Notes: generated from the letters alone by a model not told the origin. Counted from the stretch's first letter, positions 46,319 to 56,686 are shown. The stretch: 64,000 bases of DNA from an uncultured Candidatus Saccharibacteria bacterium (GCA_964648765.1 CAZYLF010000002.1:3537-67536), one strand, 5' to 3'. Numbers and translations: made by a program.

Positions 46319-46319
46319 G
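46254..46319 (+). repeat. 66-bp direct repeat copy 1 (3' end of the 46013-46318 gene)
   Basis: 64/66 identical to 46985-47050. Confidence 0.95.
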
Positions 46320-46440
46320 AGGCCTAAGGTTGAAAGTTAAACGTATTGACAAATAATTGCCGGTATGCTAGTCTGATTATTGCGGTTTTCTCTCTCCGCG
46401 AAACAGAGAGTGCTCTTTTATAGGAAGGAAAGGAGTTTCA

Positions 46441-46668
46441 ATGAATCTTGAGCTTGTGATTTTGTTGGTGCTGTATGCCCTCTTGGTTATTGGTGCAGTA
46501 CTCCTTGAGATATCTATAAGGGTTCTCAAGAGAAGTTGCGATTTTCCCAAATATCGCCGAATCTCGAGATGGGGTTGGCGAATCATAACAATCGCAATTA
46601 TGGGCATAAGTTTGCACATGGGCATCTTCATCTGGGTACATGACATACCCACCCCGTGGTTACCGTAA
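46441..46668 (+). CDS. small 2-TM membrane protein
   Basis: AAGGAG SD; promoter TTGACA..TGCTAGTCT upstream. Confidence 0.6.
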   Translation: MNLELVILLVLYALLVIGAVLLEISIRVLKRSCDFPKYRRISRWGWRIITIAIMGISLHMGIFIWVHDIPTPWLP

Positions 46669-46708
46669 ACAAAATTTACTACCGCTTTTAGCTGAAAGGA
46701 GATAGGGA

Positions 46709-46894
46709 GTGACAATACTTTCTAAGTTCTTCAGACTTTTGCACGCAGTGTTCGTGTATTTTGTTTACGATTCACACAAACACAAGTGCCCTAACTGTAG
46801 TCATATATGGGAGCATGGTGACGAGTGTGCTGGGAGCCGAGAAGAACACACCTGTGTAAAATGCGGCACCCTTCAGTGTGAGAAGTACTTCTAA
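46709..46894 (+). CDS. small zinc-ribbon protein
   Basis: CPNC..WEH..C..HTCVKCG; AAGGAG SD. Confidence 0.55.
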   Translation: MTILSKFFRLLHAVFVYFVYDSHKHKCPNCSHIWEHGDECAGSREEHTCVKCGTLQCEKYF

Positions 46895-46984
46895 ATATTA
46901 GAACATCAGTAAATCCATCAGGATTAACGAGGCCCTAGCGATAATATCAACGGGGCATTTTTCTTTTTTTAAATTCGCTACTCT

Positions 46985-47050
46985 TCCACACTATCGCTAC
47001 ATTTGGAGTTATCACCGTCATCTTTTTGGCGTTACTGATTTTGGTTTAAG
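46985..47050 (+). repeat. 66-bp direct repeat copy 2 (orphan gene 3' end)
   Basis: Matches 46254-46319. Confidence 0.95.
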
Positions 47051-47117
47051 TTGACTTATTTATTTGATATGGTAGTATAGATATCGGCAATAGTGCCTTG
47101 AAAGAAAGAGGAAAAAG

Positions 47118-47411
47118 GTGGCGACAAGATTAGATCAAGACCTTGCAAATTTCCGGAACAAGTCTAGCTACTGGGAGCACGATGGAGCGTTCTCTGTTGA
47201 ACTTACGCCTGAGGCAGACATGGGCATTGTACCAAGCAGCGCAGAGATTCGCGGCAACACTGTCCATGTTCGACAAGGAAGAATCAAGCAAAAAATGGGC
47301 GCAATTCAATTTCATTCTGTCGAATCTCCATTTTATTGGGGTTACAAGTTTATCAAGGTCATCCGCGATGGAGATGGGAACTTACTTTGGGTAAATTATG
47401 ATCACAGATGA
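47118..47411 (+). CDS. hypothetical protein
   Basis: Own promoter, SD and terminator. Confidence 0.6.
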   Translation: MATRLDQDLANFRNKSSYWEHDGAFSVELTPEADMGIVPSSAEIRGNTVHVRQGRIKQKMGAIQFHSVESPFYWGYKFIKVIRDGDGNLLWVNYDHR

Positions 47412-47518
47412 TTCATGTCTGTCCATGGCCTACAATCACCGGGCGTTAGCTTCGCTAACGCCCGGTTTTTTCTTTTTCTCATTTGCCACTCATCCACAAA
47501 TAAGCTAACTTTAAACAA

Positions 47519-47896
47519 ATGCCACCGGAAAAAGATAAAAAGAGATTGTGGAGGGAGAGGAAGTTTATAGACATGTGGTCATTGGTGCACTTGTTCGCCG
47601 GCTTTGCGATTTGTGGTGCCTTAATGCTTTTAAATATTGAGGTCTACATTGCTTCGGCCATAGCCGTAGCCCTCTTAGTAAGTTGGGAAATTACGGAGAT
47701 TGTCACCAGAATTCACGAGCATGCATCCAACAGCTTAAGCGACGTGATCGTAGGTTACGCCGGCTTCTTCATCGCTCAACTTTACGTCTTCGCCTTTGGC
47801 GCCACCATGACTTGGCAACTCCCCCTCACCGTCGCCATCATCGCCATCGCCCTCGAAGTTTGGGGTGTCATCGACTTTTTGAATCGAAAGAGGTGA
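47519..47896 (+). CDS. membrane protein (DUF2585/VanZ-like motif set)
   Basis: DMWSLVH..G..WE..E..NSLSD. Confidence 0.65.
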   Translation: MPPEKDKKRLWRERKFIDMWSLVHLFAGFAICGALMLLNIEVYIASAIAVALLVSWEITEIVTRIHEHASNSLSDVIVGYAGFFIAQLYVFAFGATMTWQLPLTVAIIAIALEVWGVIDFLNRKR

Positions 47897-47951
47897 TTTA
47901 TGAATCCCGGTCGGTTGAAGTTAGAGATGTTTTTTGAGTATAATTATCCAA

Positions 47952-48377
47952 ATGAGATTTTCTCGATTTTATTATCTCTACTGCTTAGTGTTTATTTTTG
48001 CTATCCCGGCACTCGCCCTAGGCTACCTAATTTATCCACTCATCGATAAGCAAAATCTATTAATCTTTATGATTGGGATAACCATTATAGGTAGTCTATG
48101 GGATGTTTGGGCCACTCGCCATGGCAAACGTGACCCAGTCTGGTTATGGCAGTTTAATAAAAAAGATACTCTCGGGCTAACGTTTTTGGGCTTACCAATC
48201 GAGGAGTATCTGTTTTATCTGGTCACTAGCGGTTACATTATTTTTACCTGGGAGTCCTTGAGGCTAGTCCAGGAGCTACCCGTGATGCAAACAATATTAC
48301 CTTGTGTGGCCGTTTGGACTTTATTTTTTATCGGCCTACCTTATGCTGTGGGGTATAAAAACAAGGATAAATTTTAA
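47952..48377 (+). CDS. lycopene cyclase domain membrane protein
   Basis: WD.WA..W.F..LG..GLPIEEYLF. Confidence 0.7.
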   Translation: MRFSRFYYLYCLVFIFAIPALALGYLIYPLIDKQNLLIFMIGITIIGSLWDVWATRHGKRDPVWLWQFNKKDTLGLTFLGLPIEEYLFYLVTSGYIIFTWESLRLVQELPVMQTILPCVAVWTLFFIGLPYAVGYKNKDKF

Positions 48378-48379
48378 TT

Positions 48380-49156
48380 ATGAACAAGAAAAATAACACA
48401 TCGTGGGGGAAGGTGGCGGAGTGGTATGGTGAATATTTGGAAGGTGATGACACTTACCAAAGTAAAGTAATTTTGCCGAACTTAATTCGGCTTTTGAGCG
48501 ATCAAAAAAATAAAGAAAACCTGCCTGGCTCGCAGAGACGGGTTTTAGACCTCGCCTGTGGCCAGGGATTTTTTACAAAAGAAATCACAAAGCTCGGCGC
48601 CAACTGCGTTGGCGCCGACATTTCTCCTGAATTAATCGCGCAAGCGCGCAAACTTGTTCCTACCGCCAGTTTTTATATTACATCTGCCTCTGCACTCGCC
48701 TTTGCCAAGGATGGTGAATTCGATCTCGCCTACTGCATTCTCGCTCTCCAAAATATTGAAGACATCGCCAAAACTTTCGCCGAAGTGAAGCGAGTATTGA
48801 AGCCCGGCGGAAGATTCATCATGGTGCTTAATCACCCCACCTTCCGTGTGATTAAAGGTTCGAGTTGGGGTTATGACCCTGAAAATAATGCGCAATATCG
48901 TCGCATAGACACTTATCTCACCGCCGGCAAATTTGGCATTGAGATGAATCCCGGCGCGGAGAAAGTTGAACAAACCATCTCCTACCATCGCTCGCTCCAA
49001 GACTTCTTCAAACCGCTCACCAAAGCCGGGCTCAGTGTTACCCGCCTCGAGGAGTGGGTCTCACATAAAAAGAGCGCCCCCGGCCCCCGCCAAAAAGCTG
49101 AAGATAAAGCCCGCAAAGAGATTCCCCTGTTCTTAATGCTTGAAGCGCGAGGTTAA
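48380..49156 (+). CDS. class I SAM-dependent methyltransferase
   Basis: VLDLACGQG, GADIS, RVLKPGG. Confidence 0.9.
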   Translation: MNKKNNTSWGKVAEWYGEYLEGDDTYQSKVILPNLIRLLSDQKNKENLPGSQRRVLDLACGQGFFTKEITKLGANCVGADISPELIAQARKLVPTASFYITSASALAFAKDGEFDLAYCILALQNIEDIAKTFAEVKRVLKPGGRFIMVLNHPTFRVIKGSSWGYDPENNAQYRRIDTYLTAGKFGIEMNPGAEKVEQTISYHRSLQDFFKPLTKAGLSVTRLEEWVSHKKSAPGPRQKAEDKARKEIPLFLMLEARG

Positions 49157-49203
49157 GTGTGGTAGTTATAGATGAGCAATGTTCATTTTTTTGGAGATAT
49201 AGA

Positions 49204-49569
49204 ATGTTGAATTTGGTAATTACCTTTAGGGAAAAAATCGTGCGCTTAGTTTCTAAGGGTGAAGGTGAGGTCAAAACTATCGTGGTGGCAACCGGAGAAG
49301 TGGTAGAGGCCACGGGAGAAGAGAAAGCAAAATTCGCTAAGTTTCCATTAGTTGGTGATAGTTACGCGGCTGGACCTGGGGCCGTTTACCCTGAGGATAT
49401 AATTAAACATTTCGACGAAGAAAGAAACTCCCTCACTTTTGAGAAAGGTTGGACTATATCAGGAGATGGGAAGATCTTCAGGATCACCTGTCCTGGTCGG
49501 AACATTGGGCGACTGCAATGCAATCTCCTGACTGAAAACATTGTGAGTATAAACTTCGTCAACTCCTAG
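49204..49569 (+). CDS. hypothetical protein
   Basis: GGAG SD; terminator downstream. Confidence 0.55.
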   Translation: MLNLVITFREKIVRLVSKGEGEVKTIVVATGEVVEATGEEKAKFAKFPLVGDSYAAGPGAVYPEDIIKHFDEERNSLTFEKGWTISGDGKIFRITCPGRNIGRLQCNLLTENIVSINFVNS

Positions 49570-49677
49570 TTTCGTCTGTTAACCCAGAGCTCCGCAACAC
49601 ATCGCGGAGTTTTTTTAAAAATAAAAATGGGGCTGGTCATAAAATAAATTATGACCAGCCCCGTAAATTTCCAATAA

Positions 49678-50205
49678 CTACTTGCGACACATAGCACCGA
49701 GCAAGATGCCAAACGGTGGCATACCAAATCCCAAGCCGCCAATCGAGATTTCTGGTTCAGGTTCCTGAGGTATGGCTACAATTTGCCAACCCTTACGAAT
49801 GCCAATGTCCCCGCTTTTTTTATCCACCTTCTCTTGGCTTTCGGGAGGCAACTCCTCCCTCAAAGCAGCCCAAAAGAGGTTATCAATGGCGCTCTTTCTA
49901 GCAATGATGGATTCAATTTCACGCAGAGCTTTAGAAGCCATACTCCTGACGGACTCACCGTCATCCTCTCGGCCAGATCTGCTCTTTTCAGTTATTAGAT
50001 CCTCAGCATCACGTGCCAACTTCCTGGACATTTCCAAGATAGAATCAGTAAGAGTAAGACGCACGGTGTTCATGCGGCGAAGATCTGGGCTCTCCAACAC
50101 ACCAATTACTTCGTCACCTTCCTGAATATCATCAGGCGGCTCCATGATATCTGCCGGCCTGATAGACGCCATTGCATCTCGCAACCATCCCATTAACTTT
50201 GACAT
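49678..50205 (-). CDS. hypothetical protein, paralog family A (copy 2)
   Basis: GDEVIGVLESP..FWAALR.EL..IGIRKGWQIV. Confidence 0.75.
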   Translation of the reverse strand: MSKLMGWLRDAMASIRPADIMEPPDDIQEGDEVIGVLESPDLRRMNTVRLTLTDSILEMSRKLARDAEDLITEKSRSGREDDGESVRSMASKALREIESIIARKSAIDNLFWAALREELPPESQEKVDKKSGDIGIRKGWQIVAIPQEPEPEISIGGLGFGMPPFGILLGAMCRK

Positions 50206-50363
50206 GACTTGCCTCCCACTTAAATGTACATAGACAGATCTCCTTGATCTATCTCCGCTAATACAACTACCATACCCGGTGAGTTTATGTCAACTACAAA
50301 AAAACGGGCCTGTCCGTGAAAACGAACAGGCCCGCGTACTAACTACAAAGAACAAAAAGTGGA

Positions 50364-51851
50364 TCAGCTAGCCGCAACGGCATGAGCACGACCATTACTG
50401 GCCACCTCCTCGCGAAGCGAGTCTGCAATACCACCAAGGGCATCAGCCAGAACTTGGCGGTGAACATGTGTCGTGTCCACCTTCTGGGGTTGGAAGAGAT
50501 TGAACTCGTCCGTAACCTCTTTGGCAACTGCGGCCAAATCCTCACCAGTGATCAAACCACCAACATCTCCAGTCCGACGGATCGACTCCAAGCGAGCTCG
50601 ACCCACCGTCTCACGCACTCGAGCGGGTACCTGACCAGCCAAAATAGACTTGGCCAAATCAAGATCTGTCCCCGGCTCAAGAGCCTCACCAGTGAACTCT
50701 TCAATCATCCGACCAACAGTTTCTTCATCGGGAGGCTTGACCTCAAGCACGAGATCAATACGACCAGGGCGCCGCATAGCAGCGTTAATCCGATCAGCAT
50801 GATTTGACGTAACAATCGTCATGATCTTGACGGCCTTGCCATCAATACCATCGAGCTGATTGAGGAGCTGGTTGACTGACTCGGTCCGCTCCAAACCAGC
50901 AATTCGATCCACATCTTCAGCAAACACCACCACTGGTTGATACTGCTGCGCATAACGCAGCGCCATCGGCAGTTCCGCTGAATTCTTGACGTAGATGAAG
51001 GTCCAGCCAGCCGCCGTTGCCGCGCGAGCCACATGACTCGCAAGCAACGTCTTGCCAACACCGTACTCACCCACAAAAGCCACACCACGCTTAAGCGACT
51101 CGCCCTTCGCCGCCAACTTTTCAGCATGACGGATCGGGACAAAGATATTGCGCTCAATCGCAGTGGAGAGCTCTCGACTAAAAATCGGTTGCTCGGGAGT
51201 GAGGCGGAAGAACTTGGGCATCGGCATCTTGATCGGTTGACCCGACTCATCATTGAAGGCAATGCTGAAGGCCTTGCCGCGATGCAAACTCTCCTTTTCT
51301 GCAATGTCTCGGATTGTGTCGAGCAAACGACGCAACCGCGACTCAAATCGACGTTCACATTTCACCTCGCACTGGAACACCATCCGACCATCCTTCATGG
51401 TCACACCAGTAGAGATGGTCGCCCCAGACATCGTGGCGAGAGCGAAAGTTCCCCAAGGTACTGAGGTGGTTTTCCCTACACCAATTTCAACATCAAATTG
51501 AGTTGGTGGGCAGCAACCAGCATCGCAACCGTTGTGGATCACCACGCCGAGTTCCCGCTGCAAGGCCTCGCGCAAAGCATAGGCCCCATCCCAAGGTGAT
51601 ACAGGCAGTTCAGTCACAAATCTGACCACTTGCCCTTCACTCTGCTGTTGACGCTTAAGAGCACTGATCACTTCTCCCAGATCCGCCCCCTCGGGAATCA
51701 AGATCTTGTCGCCCTCGCGGACAACTGTGGGATTGTAGACCTTGCCGTCTCCGGCAGTGCCACCAGCAAGTACCGCCAGAGCATTTACAAGACCTTGCGC
51801 CCGAGCGTCTCCACCAAACATCTTCCTGAGCATTTCCACTTCGTTCGACAT
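50364..51851 (-). CDS. classical-clade AAA+ ATPase with uncharacterised N-domain
   Basis: GEYGVGKT, VVFAED, LLNQLDG, TSN, RRPGRID. Confidence 0.9.
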   Translation of the reverse strand: MSNEVEMLRKMFGGDARAQGLVNALAVLAGGTAGDGKVYNPTVVREGDKILIPEGADLGEVISALKRQQQSEGQVVRFVTELPVSPWDGAYALREALQRELGVVIHNGCDAGCCPPTQFDVEIGVGKTTSVPWGTFALATMSGATISTGVTMKDGRMVFQCEVKCERRFESRLRRLLDTIRDIAEKESLHRGKAFSIAFNDESGQPIKMPMPKFFRLTPEQPIFSRELSTAIERNIFVPIRHAEKLAAKGESLKRGVAFVGEYGVGKTLLASHVARAATAAGWTFIYVKNSAELPMALRYAQQYQPVVVFAEDVDRIAGLERTESVNQLLNQLDGIDGKAVKIMTIVTSNHADRINAAMRRPGRIDLVLEVKPPDEETVGRMIEEFTGEALEPGTDLDLAKSILAGQVPARVRETVGRARLESIRRTGDVGGLITGEDLAAVAKEVTDEFNLFQPQKVDTTHVHRQVLADALGGIADSLREEVASNGRAHAVAAS

Positions 51852-51909
51852 AACTACGCTACTCCTTTCGTCATCTGTAACGCTCCTTAACACCTGGACC
51901 GCCCAAGCA

Positions 51910-52386
51910 TTAACTTACGTTTACACCTTGGTTCAATTCTTTTGCAACAATTTCCACCATACGGCGAACCACCAAAAGCCGAGCTTCACAATTATCGGGC
52001 AGACCGTCTATAAGTTCATCTGCCTCATCGATTGTGTTAATGTCGCCCAACTTTTGGGTAACCAATTGCTGAAGCTTGATTCGTAAAACCAATATCTCGG
52101 GGACATCAAGTCTCCAATCATTGAGGAAATCAGAAAGTTCAGATATGTCGGTATCTATTTCTAAATACCGACGAAGAACTACACTCCTGACCTCACTTCC
52201 AGCCGGACACTGATTGTACAGATAGTTTACACCACTAAGAGTTACTGCTTCCGGGATTCCCCTAATAATATCTTCTTGTTCCTCAAAAGGTAAACCTAGC
52301 GCAACAAGGACCTCTGAATGATTAATGTAGCTCGACTCAATGTCAATTTTACCAGCAATGGCTTCGGCTTCATCTTTAGTCCACAA
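51910..52386 (-). CDS. hypothetical protein
   Basis: GGGAGG SD; TTG start; promoter upstream. Confidence 0.55.
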   Translation of the reverse strand: MWTKDEAEAIAGKIDIESSYINHSEVLVALGLPFEEQEDIIRGIPEAVTLSGVNYLYNQCPAGSEVRSVVLRRYLEIDTDISELSDFLNDWRLDVPEILVLRIKLQQLVTQKLGDINTIDEADELIDGLPDNCEARLLVVRRMVEIVAKELNQGVNVS

Positions 52387-52625
52387 AACATCCTCCCTTC
52401 TGAGTAAAATAGCCCGAAATCGACTGTCGATTTCAATGACCTGATCAACCTACACACCTAGCACGACTGTGTTTTTTTGTCAAATTCCACCGGCCCCCGC
52501 GGGGTATCACCTCAATGGGACTTTCATTATTTTAAATCAATTTGACACTTATTTGTTTCTGAGTTAGTTATATAGATAGAGCAAATCACGTGATTTGCAA
52601 AGGACACTCATATAGGAGACGAGAC

Positions 52626-53102
52626 ATGCCAAATTTGATGAAGTGGCTGGGGGATGAATTGGAGACCATCAAGCAATCGGAGATTGAAGTTTCTCCCGGT
52701 GGCGATCTGGGAAGCGAAGAAGAAGAAGTCATCGGCAAACTCACCGACCCCTACCTCAAGAAGCTTTTTGTCTTTCGGACAATCTGGAGTGGTCGGTGCA
52801 AGACGGCAATGAGGGAACTCTCCCATCGAGCCGTTGAGATTATGGACGAGCCTCACAAAAAGGAGGACCATGACCCGACGACATGTGAAGAATGTTCGAT
52901 TAAGCGAGAGATGTTTATGATGCAGATAAAGTCAGAATTTATCAACAATTTCTTTTGGACGGCACTACGCCACGAGCTCACAGTCGAAGCGCAAGCTAAA
53001 ATGCTTGCGGCTGGTGGCCAGATTGGTGTTCTCAAAAACTGGGAAGTCGTAGCGGTCACTCCGACCCATCCGAACTTGAAAGAAATGCTGATGCGCACGT
53101 AA
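52626..53102 (+). CDS. hypothetical protein, paralog family A (copy 3)
   Basis: EEVIGKLTDP..FWTALRHEL..IGVLKNWEVV. Confidence 0.75.
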   Translation: MPNLMKWLGDELETIKQSEIEVSPGGDLGSEEEEVIGKLTDPYLKKLFVFRTIWSGRCKTAMRELSHRAVEIMDEPHKKEDHDPTTCEECSIKREMFMMQIKSEFINNFFWTALRHELTVEAQAKMLAAGGQIGVLKNWEVVAVTPTHPNLKEMLMRT

Positions 53103-53232
53103 CCCAACTACTAAATCGTTCTGTTTTCGATCACTGGCGACCGTATTACTACGGTCGCCTTTTTCTTTTCCTCAAAATTTCTCAAATTTCTGCTACAATA
53201 AGCTAAAGTTTAAAAATTTAAATAAAATTAAT

Positions 53233-53613
53233 ATGGCAAAATATGTTGACGGATTTGTGCTTGTGGTGCCGGCGGATAAAGTGGCAGATTATAAAGTAAT
53301 GGCCGAGGAGGGCGCCAAAACTTGGATGGAGTGCGGGGCGTTAGAATATTATGAATGCCAGGGTGATGATCTCAAGCCTGCCAGCATGGGCCCAATGACA
53401 GCACTCTCCTTCCCCGAGCTCACCAACTTAAAGGACGGTGAGACGGTGTGGTTCTCGTTTATCACTTTCAACTCCCGCGAGCATCGCGATGAGGTTAATA
53501 AAAAAGTAATGGAGAAGATGGGCCAAGATGCCGAAAAGCACAAGGACTTCGTGATGCCCTTCGACATGAAGCGTATGGCCTACGGCGGCTTTAAGGTTGA
53601 GGTTAGTGGGTAG
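53233..53613 (+). CDS. DUF1428 (YbaA) family protein
   Basis: YVDGFV..GALEY.EC.GDD..MPFD.KRM.YGGF. Confidence 0.92.
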   Translation: MAKYVDGFVLVVPADKVADYKVMAEEGAKTWMECGALEYYECQGDDLKPASMGPMTALSFPELTNLKDGETVWFSFITFNSREHRDEVNKKVMEKMGQDAEKHKDFVMPFDMKRMAYGGFKVEVSG

Positions 53614-53766
53614 AGTTTCCCCCCTACAACTGCTTTACAAAGATTCTATCCTGTGGTAGCTTTGGGATTGGATATCTGTCATGTTGGCAGAACGCAAGCA
53701 ACTTATGGTGCTTGTAAGAGGAAAGCCCTTCCTAAACATGGGCAAGTTCTTGGCAAGGAGTTCCTT

Positions 53767-54162
53767 ATGGAACCTACAAAGAGGTTGGAAGTAGTTGGCG
53801 GACCATCAAAGTTCGATCTGATGAATGCGGTGTTTTTTAGAAAGCACCCGCGACAGTCGATCGAGCTGAAAATCTTGGATGAAAACGGCAAAGAAAAGAT
53901 AATCTCGTTTAATGTTGAATGCATTATGCCGTACGATCAAGGCAAGTCTCCTGGCGATGAAGGAAGTTCCTGGAGAATGTGTGGTTCAACGTACGATCTT
54001 GAATACAATCATCGGTCAGTCATAACGACTCACTGCCTACTCGATTACTCAACAAAAACCAGGGTTGGTTGGTTGGAGTCGTTAGGTCGTAAGTGGATGC
54101 GAGTCTACCACTCATTGGGCATTAAGTTTGCCTACGCAACAGAGGAAGATTTGTCTTGGTGA
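53767..54162 (+). CDS. hypothetical protein
   Basis: AAGGAG SD; GPSKFDLM..EGSSW..YSTKTR.G. Confidence 0.6.
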   Translation: MEPTKRLEVVGGPSKFDLMNAVFFRKHPRQSIELKILDENGKEKIISFNVECIMPYDQGKSPGDEGSSWRMCGSTYDLEYNHRSVITTHCLLDYSTKTRVGWLESLGRKWMRVYHSLGIKFAYATEEDLSW

Positions 54163-54357
54163 ATAATTCCACCAATTAACTGAGCAAGATCGCCCCGCAA
54201 CTCACCGCGGGGCTTTTTTCTTTTCTTTTCGATCTGTATCTTACTTCCACAACAGTCGTATAATCACTAAGATATTGAATATTGACAAACTACCTAGGCA
54301 TGATAGTTTGAAAGCAGAAATTGTGATCCAGAGTCATTCTGATTAAAGGAGGAGCGA

Positions 54358-54639
54358 ATGCCCCAAACTGTTTACTTGTGTGAAGTGTGTAAGGCTGTGT
54401 ATAAAAAACATGAAGACGCGGTGAAATGTGAAGCAAAAAAACCAAAGTATACTGTTGGTGAAAAAGTTTGTTTTGAATCTGCGGCGGGGGACCGCCTGGC
54501 TACCATAAAAGAGTGGTATGCCGAAGATCTCAGTTACCTTATGATAGATTGCACCCACGTAATAATGTATGTTGTCGAATGGGGAAGCGGCAGGATTGGT
54601 CGCGTCGCGGAAAATTTCCTTTCTCGCGCAACCCGTTAA
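54358..54639 (+). CDS. small protein: C2HC zinc finger plus SH3-like domain
   Basis: YLCEVC..A..CE; KYTVGEKV. Confidence 0.6.
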   Translation: MPQTVYLCEVCKAVYKKHEDAVKCEAKKPKYTVGEKVCFESAAGDRLATIKEWYAEDLSYLMIDCTHVIMYVVEWGSGRIGRVAENFLSRATR

Positions 54640-54771
54640 TTGCTTCCTTCAGCAAAATTAACCGTCACATCTCTCAAGGTGCGGCGGTTTTTTCTTTTTA
54701 ATAAATGTCTAGTTGAAATCAATAAATAAATTAGTTACCTTAAATATGGAATAGTTCAAGAAAGGAGAACG

Positions 54772-54954
54772 ATGATGAGTCCACAATTACTGAAGTTGAT
54801 CGAGATGTCACGAGGTTACAAAATGAGCCGAGAGGAGAGACGGGCTCAGAGGGTCAGCTTTGCCTTTGGCAATGCGGCAATTGAGAATCCAAACATCACT
54901 CGCGAAATGGTAGAAAAGGAGGATCAAAAAATCCACCCTGAAGATTACAAGTAA
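54772..54954 (+). CDS. small conserved hypothetical protein
   Basis: QRVSFAFGN..IENP.ITREMV. Confidence 0.7.
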   Translation: MMSPQLLKLIEMSRGYKMSREERRAQRVSFAFGNAAIENPNITREMVEKEDQKIHPEDYK

Positions 54955-55141
54955 CACAAAGTATTCACCTACCACCAAGCCCCGCAACTCACCGCGGGGC
55001 TTTTTCTTTATAGTTGATGTCAAGAGGAACCCTTGCTGTGGGTATTGACAAGTTCTATTTGGAATGCTAGCATCCAATAAGAGTTCCAGGGTCGTCCTGA
55101 GAACAATTTAACCCGCAGGATGCTCACGAAAGGAGCGCAAG

Positions 55142-55657
55142 ATGGGTAGTATATTGTCGCAGGTGTTGTTGGCACACAAGTTCATGCCAGTTCAGGGTAC
55201 AACCGAGAAGGTTGGAGTAGAAAAAAAGACAGTCTCGAAAGGTGCCCCGTTTACTTGGGACACCAACAACGGTGTGTCTGTGGTCTACGATGAGAATGGT
55301 CACCCTTGGATTGTGCGCGGAGAGTTCAATCCACGCCGCCTCTATATGAGCTATAAGGTTGATCTACTCACGCGAGGTGCATACGTCCCACACTCGAACG
55401 ATGGCGGGCAATACATCCAGATGATTGCCAGGACGGAAGAAGGGACTACACCATCACCCGCGAGAAAAATGAAAAGTCTATCTATCGTACTTGCCAAGAT
55501 TCTGGCTCGGGCAGAAAAGGTTGCAAACACTACAACCTCGGGTGGAGATAACCACATAGGAAAAATCATGGACCTGTGTGAACTCGGCCAATCAATTTGT
55601 TCCGAGAAAGACGAGGCTCATTTCCTGGAAGATCTTAATAAACTGATTTTGATCTGA
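55142..55657 (+). CDS. hypothetical protein
   Basis: AAGGAG SD, promoter and terminator. Confidence 0.6.
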   Translation: MGSILSQVLLAHKFMPVQGTTEKVGVEKKTVSKGAPFTWDTNNGVSVVYDENGHPWIVRGEFNPRRLYMSYKVDLLTRGAYVPHSNDGGQYIQMIARTEEGTTPSPARKMKSLSIVLAKILARAEKVANTTTSGGDNHIGKIMDLCELGQSICSEKDEAHFLEDLNKLILI

Positions 55658-55846
55658 AAAAGTTCAAAAGTGGGGCGATCAAAAATGATCGCCCCTTTCC
55701 TTTTTCATAAAACCCTGATTTCCCGCCCACTTTAGCATTTCTGGTGATGGGTTTCCAGCCGGTTGACAGGATGTATTTCCATGCTAGTTTGACATAAGTC
55801 TTGGAGACAATTGGGTCTCCAAACTTGAAAACAAAGGAGAAGTGGA

Positions 55847-56164
55847 ATGGCAAAAGAAAATGGGGTTCGCCCGATTACACCTGATGAGGTCGCATCCGTG
55901 AAGGAGAATATTCTACCAGATGCGATGATTGAGGCGTTCAATGAGATGATCGCTCGGCGTTGGAGTGGTGGTAAGTCCAAGTTTGCGTCGCATGAAATTG
56001 TAAGTCTAATGAAAGAAAAAGGACTTTCTGATGATGATATAAGCAATAATCGCTGGCGTGGTGTGCTCGATGTTTTTGAGAAGCATGGCTGGGATGTGGA
56101 GACTGACACCCCGTCATGGGACGAGAACGGCGAAGAAACGTTAACCTTCCGTAGAAAAAAATAG
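55847..56164 (+). CDS. phage-like hypothetical protein
   Basis: PITPDEV..PD..IEAFN.MI..GW.V..D.P. Confidence 0.65.
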   Translation: MAKENGVRPITPDEVASVKENILPDAMIEAFNEMIARRWSGGKSKFASHEIVSLMKEKGLSDDDISNNRWRGVLDVFEKHGWDVETDTPSWDENGEETLTFRRKK

Positions 56165-56257
56165 TCTCGCTCTACCGCGGGGCAAAAAGCCGCTCTTGGG
56201 TTGAGAGCGGTTTTTCTTTTTCATATTTGATGTCAAGGTTACACCTTGCTAGAACTA

Positions 56258-56686
56258 CTATCCTGGATTAACTAGTAAATACGCGATTCCGACAGGAATT
56301 AGATACATTGATTGTATAATCCTGTCAGTGTCCTTTTTTCTGTATTCATTTCTGTCCCCACCGTTGTTTACATTTCCACCAATATAAAATTCCTCGCGTC
56401 TTTCAGGAGAAAAATAGTCTTTATCTGATTGATAAACACCAGCTCCTAAATATACACTAAATGAAAAAAATATTAATCCAAAAATAGCAAAGATTCTAGT
56501 AAAAAATTCTTGGTTAGTGAGAAAGACATAAAGAGGAAAAATAAAAAATAAAAAAATAAAAATTGCCGGAAATACTATAAATACAAGCGATACTTCTAGA
56601 TCATAGACTTTCATCAAAATAAGCCCGTAAGAAGAATATAGGATAGCTCCAGTTAGAAGAAGAATGGGGGTTACAAATTTTTTCAT
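56258..56686 (-). CDS. membrane protein
   Basis: Multiple TM segments. Confidence 0.6.
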   Translation of the reverse strand: MKKFVTPILLLTGAILYSSYGLILMKVYDLEVSLVFIVFPAIFIFLFFIFPLYVFLTNQEFFTRIFAIFGLIFFSFSVYLGAGVYQSDKDYFSPERREEFYIGGNVNNGGDRNEYRKKDTDRIIQSMYLIPVGIAYLLVNPG

